Shown here: positions 58,650 to 64,000 of the stretch, piece after piece
Layout: each line of letters starts with the position of its first letter
How positions within the stretch are numbered: the stretch's first letter is position 1
From: Candidatus Lloydbacteria bacterium
GTDB lineage: Bacteria > Patescibacteriota > Minisyncoccia > Phycocordibacterales > UBA6899
NCBI GenBank assembly: GCA_043719805.1
Contig: JAYSTI010000001.1
Location: 80,230-144,229 of the forward strand
Reading direction: 5' to 3'
DNA: 64,000 nt
The notes under the pieces: model-generated
Database searches by the model: none
Told to the model about the DNA's origin: nothing
What the model saw: the letters and a program-made list of their open reading frames with translations, nothing else
Translations under genes and position numbers: made by a program

Positions 58650-59666
58650 ATGGAACAAGAATACGATTTTATCGCTTTGGGAGATACGGTGACTGATGCG
58701 TTCATCAATATCGCAAAGGCAGCCGTATACAAAGAGCATGACCAAGACGGTGACGGAAGTGTCGACGAGGAATTATGCTTCCTAAACGGCGCAAAGATTC
58801 CCTACGAGGAGGCAACGATTATTCCCGCAGTCGGCAACTCCGCAAATGCGGCAGTTTCCGCAGTGCGACTTGGACTCAAAACCGCGTTTGTCTCCGACGT
58901 CGGCTCGGATGAGCATGGAGTAGAGATACTTGAGACACTCAAGAAGCAGGGCGTTGATACCCGCCTCGTGCGCGTCCACGAAGGAATGGCCTCAAACTAC
59001 CACTACGTCCTCATGCACGGACCGGAGCGCACCATTCTCATCAAGCACGAAAAGTATCCGTACAAACTTCCTGCTGACATGGGCACACCGAAGTGGTTAT
59101 ATTTTTCGTCGGTCGGAGATGACTCGCTGTATTACCACCAAGAAATTGCCGCGTATCTTGGCGCGCACCCAAATGTGAAACTCGCGTTTCAGCCGGGCAC
59201 CTACCAAATAAAATTCGGAAAGGAGGCGCTCAAGGATCTTTATGTGCGCACAGAGGTCTTCTTCTGCAACGTTGAGGAAGCCCGCATCATTCTCGGTGTA
59301 AACGAACCGGAACCTGGAAAACTTCCAAAAATGATGAGTGCGATAGGCCCAAAGATAACGGTTGTCACCGACGGACCAAAGGGTGCATACGCGTACAGCA
59401 GCTACACCGGCAAATCATACTTCATGCCCACATACCCGGACCCAAAGCCGCCGGTATCCCGTACGGGCGCAGGTGATGCGTGTTCCTCGACTATCACCGT
59501 TGCACTCTCGCTCGGACTTCCACTTGAGACTGCACTCCAATGGGGCCCAATCAACTCAATGAACGTCGTCCAGCACGTTGGAGCACAGACCGGACTCCTC
59601 ACGCGTGCGGAGCTCGAAACGCTCCTCGCGGCGAGACCCGACTACTACGTCGCCAAGGAGATCTAG
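58650..59666 (+). CDS. PfkB-family carbohydrate/nucleoside kinase (ribokinase-like)
   Basis: C-terminal TGAGDA anion-hole motif; extended -10 TATGATATAAT upstream. Confidence 0.8.
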   Translation: MEQEYDFIALGDTVTDAFINIAKAAVYKEHDQDGDGSVDEELCFLNGAKIPYEEATIIPAVGNSANAAVSAVRLGLKTAFVSDVGSDEHGVEILETLKKQGVDTRLVRVHEGMASNYHYVLMHGPERTILIKHEKYPYKLPADMGTPKWLYFSSVGDDSLYYHQEIAAYLGAHPNVKLAFQPGTYQIKFGKEALKDLYVRTEVFFCNVEEARIILGVNEPEPGKLPKMMSAIGPKITVVTDGPKGAYAYSSYTGKSYFMPTYPDPKPPVSRTGAGDACSSTITVALSLGLPLETALQWGPINSMNVVQHVGAQTGLLTRAELETLLAARPDYYVAKEI

Positions 59667-59796
59667 AGAGTTCGCTAAATTGCCATGACTGCTTCGTTGT
59701 GGAGCCTCTGTGCCTCACTCAACGTATATGAATACGTTCTTCCTCGGCACTTTCTCCACGTCTCGCATTCAAGACAATTTATCGACTCTCATGAAA

Positions 59797-59828
59797 GAAA
59801 AAACAGAGCCTCAGGGCTCTGTTTTTGT
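59797..59828. terminator. bidirectional intrinsic terminator
   Basis: acagagcc-tcag-ggctctgt flanked by A6/T5; the stop codon of the minus-strand gene sits in the loop. Confidence 0.6.
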
Positions 59829-60035
59829 AAGTACACCACCTTCGCCCTGCATACGAATACGATTTTCCTCGACGCAGCGCGACAAATGCATTTCGAAGGA
59901 GTGCCAATTGATTTCCCTCGCACAATGAGGGCACTTCACGCAACACTCATGCGCATGCTGTATCGTTCCCGCGGGGAATTTGTGGCATGGGCAATTGCAG
60001 ACCTCGAAGTCACTCGCACACAGTCCGTTAAACAT
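59811..60035 (-). CDS. small Cys/His-rich putative zinc-binding protein (74 aa)
   Basis: GAGGAG ribosome-binding site 6 nt upstream; CxCxCH...HxHxCC..CxHC...H...C pattern. Confidence 0.45.
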   Translation of the reverse strand: MFNGLCASDFEVCNCPCHKFPAGTIQHAHECCVKCPHCAREINWHSFEMHLSRCVEENRIRMQGEGGVLTKTEP

Positions 60036-60084
60036 TATTGATTCTCCTCAAAATTTCTCTCCACAGCCTAGCACGATTACCAAA

Positions 60085-60489
60085 CTAGACAAACGGATGC
60101 TCGATGAGGATGCTCGATGCAGGACTTGAGACGAGACGCGTCGCCACAAGCACAAATACGACGATAAAACCAAAAATGAATGCGACAAAAACCGAGGCGG
60201 ATGCAATGTCTTTGCTTGCCGCGGTGAGCGGATGCCTCTCAGGATGAATGCGATCAAGCATTTTTTCAAACGCAGTATTCATGAGCTCGACCAACAGAAT
60301 TAGCAGGAAGGAAAAAGTAAGAGCAATAAGTTCCCAAGGTAGGAGCGGGTACAAATACCACGACACAAGAAGATAAATCGGCAGACCATAGTTCACCTCC
60401 ATCCGAAAACTTTTGTCGTGCGCATACGCATGGCGAAGGCCCAAAAGCGAGTAGGTCACACTGCGAATTATTTTTTTCAGATCGTTCAT
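60085..60489 (-). CDS. dgkA: diacylglycerol kinase / undecaprenol kinase family membrane protein
   Basis: Three TM helices and motifs ELMNTAFEKMLD, AASKDIASASVF. Confidence 0.85.
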   Translation of the reverse strand: MNDLKKIIRSVTYSLLGLRHAYAHDKSFRMEVNYGLPIYLLVSWYLYPLLPWELIALTFSFLLILLVELMNTAFEKMLDRIHPERHPLTAASKDIASASVFVAFIFGFIVVFVLVATRLVSSPASSILIEHPFV

Positions 60490-60614
60490 GCATCTATAAT
60501 ACCACGGCGGGAATCAGTCTGTCATACCACAACGGGAAATCCCCAATTCCTTTACAAATACATGTCATGCGGTAGATTAGATGAGGATTTCTCACACACC
60601 CCGAAAGGCTCCCG

Positions 60615-61196
60615 ATGAACTACAAACACGTTCTCATCTCCCTCGCCCTCGCAATTCCGTCTCTGGGATTTGCAGGAGACAAGTGCAACTACACACCATC
60701 CGCACAGAAATACTGGAATACTCAATTGTCCGCACTCATAGTGCACGGCAAGAAGGCATTCTTGGCAGGCGACTACATTGATGTGAAGTTCGTGCTTGCC
60801 GTGTCAAAGGCGGCCATCACGGTGAGCTGTCTTTCGAAGCCACGGAAGGATTTCTTGGCTCTTGCGGAAGCAATGGCAACGGTCGACATGGAAACCACGA
60901 TGCTCGATGCGGCCAAGCTCATTGCCAAAAGTGACTACCGCTTAGCGCATGAGAAACTTGAAGACGTCGCGTATCTCGCAACCGAGCACGGCCTCAAGAC
61001 CCCTGAGGGGCAGCCGGTTCTTCTTCGCACTGCGAACGAGGGACTCATCACTCTCTATTTCATGCGGCTCGACAGGGACGTTGCGGATGAAGTGATTACC
61101 GAGGAAAAAGCTCTGCTGCATGAGAAAGATGCATGCATACGCGCTATTCCCGCCCTAAAAGTCCCAACACCAGAGCGGTGCCGGAAGTATCAATAA
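60615..61196 (+). CDS. secreted hypothetical protein (193 aa)
   Basis: Signal peptide MNYKHVLISLALAIPSLGFA. Confidence 0.6.
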   Translation: MNYKHVLISLALAIPSLGFAGDKCNYTPSAQKYWNTQLSALIVHGKKAFLAGDYIDVKFVLAVSKAAITVSCLSKPRKDFLALAEAMATVDMETTMLDAAKLIAKSDYRLAHEKLEDVAYLATEHGLKTPEGQPVLLRTANEGLITLYFMRLDRDVADEVITEEKALLHEKDACIRAIPALKVPTPERCRKYQ

Positions 61197-61231
61197 GTCC
61201 GCCGACCGCAGACAGTATGTTTGCGGTTTTA

Positions 61232-62593
61232 TTATTTCACAACGGGAAATGAAACGATGAAGTCTGTCCCCTTGCCTTGGATCGACTCTACCGAAATAGT
61301 GCCATGCATTGAACGCACTATCTCCTGTGTAATCCACAATCCGAGTCCTGTGCCGGTTATGGTTTTCGTATCATCGTTTTTTACCCTAAAGAACTTCTGA
61401 AATAATCTCTTTTGGTCTTCCGCGGATATTCCCATTCCCGTATCAGAGATGCGAACATTGACGCGACCATCGGCCACATTCGTGAGTACGCGCACTTCGC
61501 CCGACGGCGTATACTTGATGGCGTTCGCGACAAAATTGACCATGACCTGACGAAACCGATCAAGGTCGACCTCGACCTTCGGCAACTCCACGGGCACATA
61601 CGTGAGCGTTAATCCTTTATCTGTCGCCGGTCGCGCAAATGACTCCACTATTGAAGTAATCTCGGGGACAACATCCACCCATGCCAGCACAAAGGACATT
61701 CTTCCTTCTTGGAGCTTCGCTACATCCAAAATATCACCAATAAGAGAGTTCAGCTGTGTCGCGGCATGATCGATATTCCCGAGTTGAGTCTTTCCTTTTT
61801 CGGTCAACTCCTCGGATTCACCAATCATTTCCGTATAGCCACGAATGATAGTGAGGGGCGAACGAAGTTCGTGTGCCGCCATCGAAACAAAATCGTCTTT
61901 CATTTTGTCTACCTCTTTCAGTCGCTGATATAGACTTGCGTAGTCGATGATGCGCGCCTGGCGTGCGAGCAGTACGACAATGAGTGCGATGATCAGAATG
62001 AGCACAAGATATGCATTCTGTATATTCTTTCGTGCAACCGTGTCTGCTTCCGCCATCGACAAATCCGTCAGTAAATATGCAGCCACTTGGTCCGTATCGG
62101 TACCGACTATCGCACGCGCACTTCTCCAGTAGCGCGCGCCTCCCAAAAAGAACTCTGCGGCATATGATTTATGTTCAGGGTCACCGTTCGTAGAGTTAAG
62201 GAGCGCCATCGAAAGAGCATCAAAGCGGATCGTCGTTCCAGTCGCAATATCGGAAAGTGAGGCGAGAACTGGATATGCTCCGCCGGTCGGTTGACCCAGC
62301 AAATCAAAAGTGACCATTGTTTCGTTTTTGCTTGCAATCGCACGCATCTGCTGCTCTAAATACTTCTCATCATTCGTACGCTCTGAGGCAAAAAGAGCAA
62401 AGGAGTCCTGCAGGAGCCCGATACGACTTCGTTCAAGGCGGTCCTGATTGTCTCTGGCAACTCGGAGAAACTTTTCGCTCGTGAAGAAGAACGCAAGCGG
62501 AATGACCACAACAAGAAAAAGTGTATATATAATCTGCGGATTATTTTGCACAAAACGCAACCCGCGCCCTACGGTAGTAAATTGTTTTTCCAT
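61232..62593 (-). CDS. sensor histidine kinase
   Basis: Two TM helices, HisKA H-box (MAAHELRSPLT) and HATPase_c N/G boxes. Confidence 0.85.
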   Translation of the reverse strand: MEKQFTTVGRGLRFVQNNPQIIYTLFLVVVIPLAFFFTSEKFLRVARDNQDRLERSRIGLLQDSFALFASERTNDEKYLEQQMRAIASKNETMVTFDLLGQPTGGAYPVLASLSDIATGTTIRFDALSMALLNSTNGDPEHKSYAAEFFLGGARYWRSARAIVGTDTDQVAAYLLTDLSMAEADTVARKNIQNAYLVLILIIALIVVLLARQARIIDYASLYQRLKEVDKMKDDFVSMAAHELRSPLTIIRGYTEMIGESEELTEKGKTQLGNIDHAATQLNSLIGDILDVAKLQEGRMSFVLAWVDVVPEITSIVESFARPATDKGLTLTYVPVELPKVEVDLDRFRQVMVNFVANAIKYTPSGEVRVLTNVADGRVNVRISDTGMGISAEDQKRLFQKFFRVKNDDTKTITGTGLGLWITQEIVRSMHGTISVESIQGKGTDFIVSFPVVK

Positions 62594-62596
62594 AAA

Positions 62597-63985
62597 TCAG
62601 ATGTCAGCAAGATTCATGTCAGAACCTTTTTTTCGTTTCATAATAAAACCAATGATGGAGAATGAGAATCCCAAGACACCAATGACGACAGCAATCATTG
62701 CGTAGAGCGACGCACCTCGCCAGCTTCGGATATCCGTCACCCCCGACTCCGCTGGGACTCCACTGACTGATACGGCGGCAGACTCTTTCAGGAATGCAAG
62801 CGGTTCCGATTTTGCGATGATGCGTCCACCCACGTCAGTGATTGCACCATAAACATGATGCGTGCCGTCAAGAAGATTCTTGTCGAGAATGTATGCCCAC
62901 GCGCCCCGAGCGTCTGCCTTTACCGTCACCACAATGGGGTCTGAAAAAATATACACGGTGACAAAGCTATTCGCCGGTGCCAGACCTTCGATTTTCAATT
63001 TCTTTATTGTTGTTGAGCCAGACTCACTCGTGCCGAGTTCCGCAACGATGACATCGCGAACAGTAAGAAGTGTCGATTCCAATATTCCCGCGATTATCGG
63101 ATTCTCATGTCGGACGGATTCATCGCTAAATATTTCCAATGCATCGACGCTACTTCCGACCGAAGACGTCGCAACGAGGAGCCTCTCCCCTCCTCGCGGA
63201 TTTGTACGGGCAAGCAATTCTGCACCATCAGGGAAGCCGTCGCCGTCGGTGTCTACTCTATCCGGGTCGGTTCCGTAGATATTCACTTCATCATAGTCCG
63301 TCACACCGTCACCGTCCGAGTCGATGAACACTCTTGCGCCAACTCGTTCGGTAAAAATCTTCATCTCCTCTTCACGGGAACGGGTGATACTTGCCTTCAT
63401 GGCAAGGAGCGCATCCGATCTACCCATATCATTTCGGACCAATGCCTTCGTGCACACTTCGGCATGTGCCATATCCGCGCAATACTGCCTAAACTCTTCG
63501 GGGCTACGTATCAACTCCGGTATGTCTTTGGAGCGGCGATCTGTGTCGCCGAGTAACAGAGCGATGCGCGCGGAGTCAACGCCGTCGAGAAGCGACTGCC
63601 CTCCCGAAAAAAGTGTGGCGCGTGAGTGCCGCACGTAGGTTATGCATTGATTATTTACGTTAGGAAGATTATTGCAATAGATGTGGCATTCTTCTTCATT
63701 TGTGCATGAGGCCGGATCGGAAACTCGGTCGATGATTGCCCTTTTTTCCTCCGGAGAAACACGTACGCTGGTCGAAAGTGCGCCTCCACTATAAGTCGGG
63801 GTTGCAAGTCCGATGTTGTCCTTCATTGCGGCAACAACGTGCCGCACCTCCACACTCATTCGCTCCGACAATATTTCTTTTTTATTCATCCCCACCGCAG
63901 TAGCAAATATTTTATATACTCCGCCCGGAGATCTTCCCATGTCATATTCGTATGTCCAAACATCCACTCCATCCTTTGATAACAA
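62597..63985 (-). CDS. large extracytoplasmic protein with Asp-rich Ca-binding-like repeats and a C-terminal TM anchor; 5' end possibly beyond the window
   Basis: DSDGDGVTDYDEVNIYGTDPDRVDTDGDGFPDG motifs; C-terminal AMIAVVIGVLGFSFSIIGFIMKRKK; ends 4 nt before the kinase start. Confidence 0.6.
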   Translation of the reverse strand: MLSKDGVDVWTYEYDMGRSPGGVYKIFATAVGMNKKEILSERMSVEVRHVVAAMKDNIGLATPTYSGGALSTSVRVSPEEKRAIIDRVSDPASCTNEEECHIYCNNLPNVNNQCITYVRHSRATLFSGGQSLLDGVDSARIALLLGDTDRRSKDIPELIRSPEEFRQYCADMAHAEVCTKALVRNDMGRSDALLAMKASITRSREEEMKIFTERVGARVFIDSDGDGVTDYDEVNIYGTDPDRVDTDGDGFPDGAELLARTNPRGGERLLVATSSVGSSVDALEIFSDESVRHENPIIAGILESTLLTVRDVIVAELGTSESGSTTIKKLKIEGLAPANSFVTVYIFSDPIVVTVKADARGAWAYILDKNLLDGTHHVYGAITDVGGRIIAKSEPLAFLKESAAVSVSGVPAESGVTDIRSWRGASLYAMIAVVIGVLGFSFSIIGFIMKRKKGSDMNLADI

Positions 63986-64000
63986 ATCATCTTTTTCAGC

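Overview
This 64-kb window looks like a compact bacterial chromosome segment, with GC around 50% by eye and standard code 11. TGA is used as a stop and the large genes carry no in-frame stops. Genes are dense and mostly on the minus strand, and several housekeeping enzymes are unusually short, which fits a reduced, possibly CPR/Patescibacteria-like genome (inference only). The recognisable core genes are rpsP, rnr, smc, rnc, a nusB-Nudix fusion, rpmF, rnhB, dnaE, thrS (preceded by a T-box-like leader), gyrB, pheT, pheS, tRNA-Thr(UGU), tsf, rpsB, prfA, rpmE, rplY/ctc, class I fba, dgkA and a sensor histidine kinase. Between these sit many secreted or cell-wall-directed proteins (three carry peptidoglycan-binding domains, one is a coiled-coil lytic transglycosylase), a flotillin, an HD-GYP protein, a SET-domain protein, a DinJ/YafQ toxin-antitoxin pair and several tandem paralog pairs of small proteins. 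The findings I rate highest are: (1) two adjacent GC-rich expression units at 26.5-29.3 kb (flotillin; membrane protein plus lipoprotein), each with a sigma70 promoter followed by a near-identical ~76-nt structured 5' leader and a near-identical 3' terminator module; (2) a ~1.3-kb islet carrying the toxin-antitoxin pair, flanked by a direct duplication of the prfA 3' end, which looks like a site-specific insertion scar; (3) a NusB-Nudix fusion; (4) a T-box-like leader on thrS; (5) a frameshift at a homopolymer inside a secreted-protein gene; and (6) several perfect long inverted repeats and conserved promoter motifs. No CRISPR array, rRNA, integrase/transposase or reverse transcriptase was seen.
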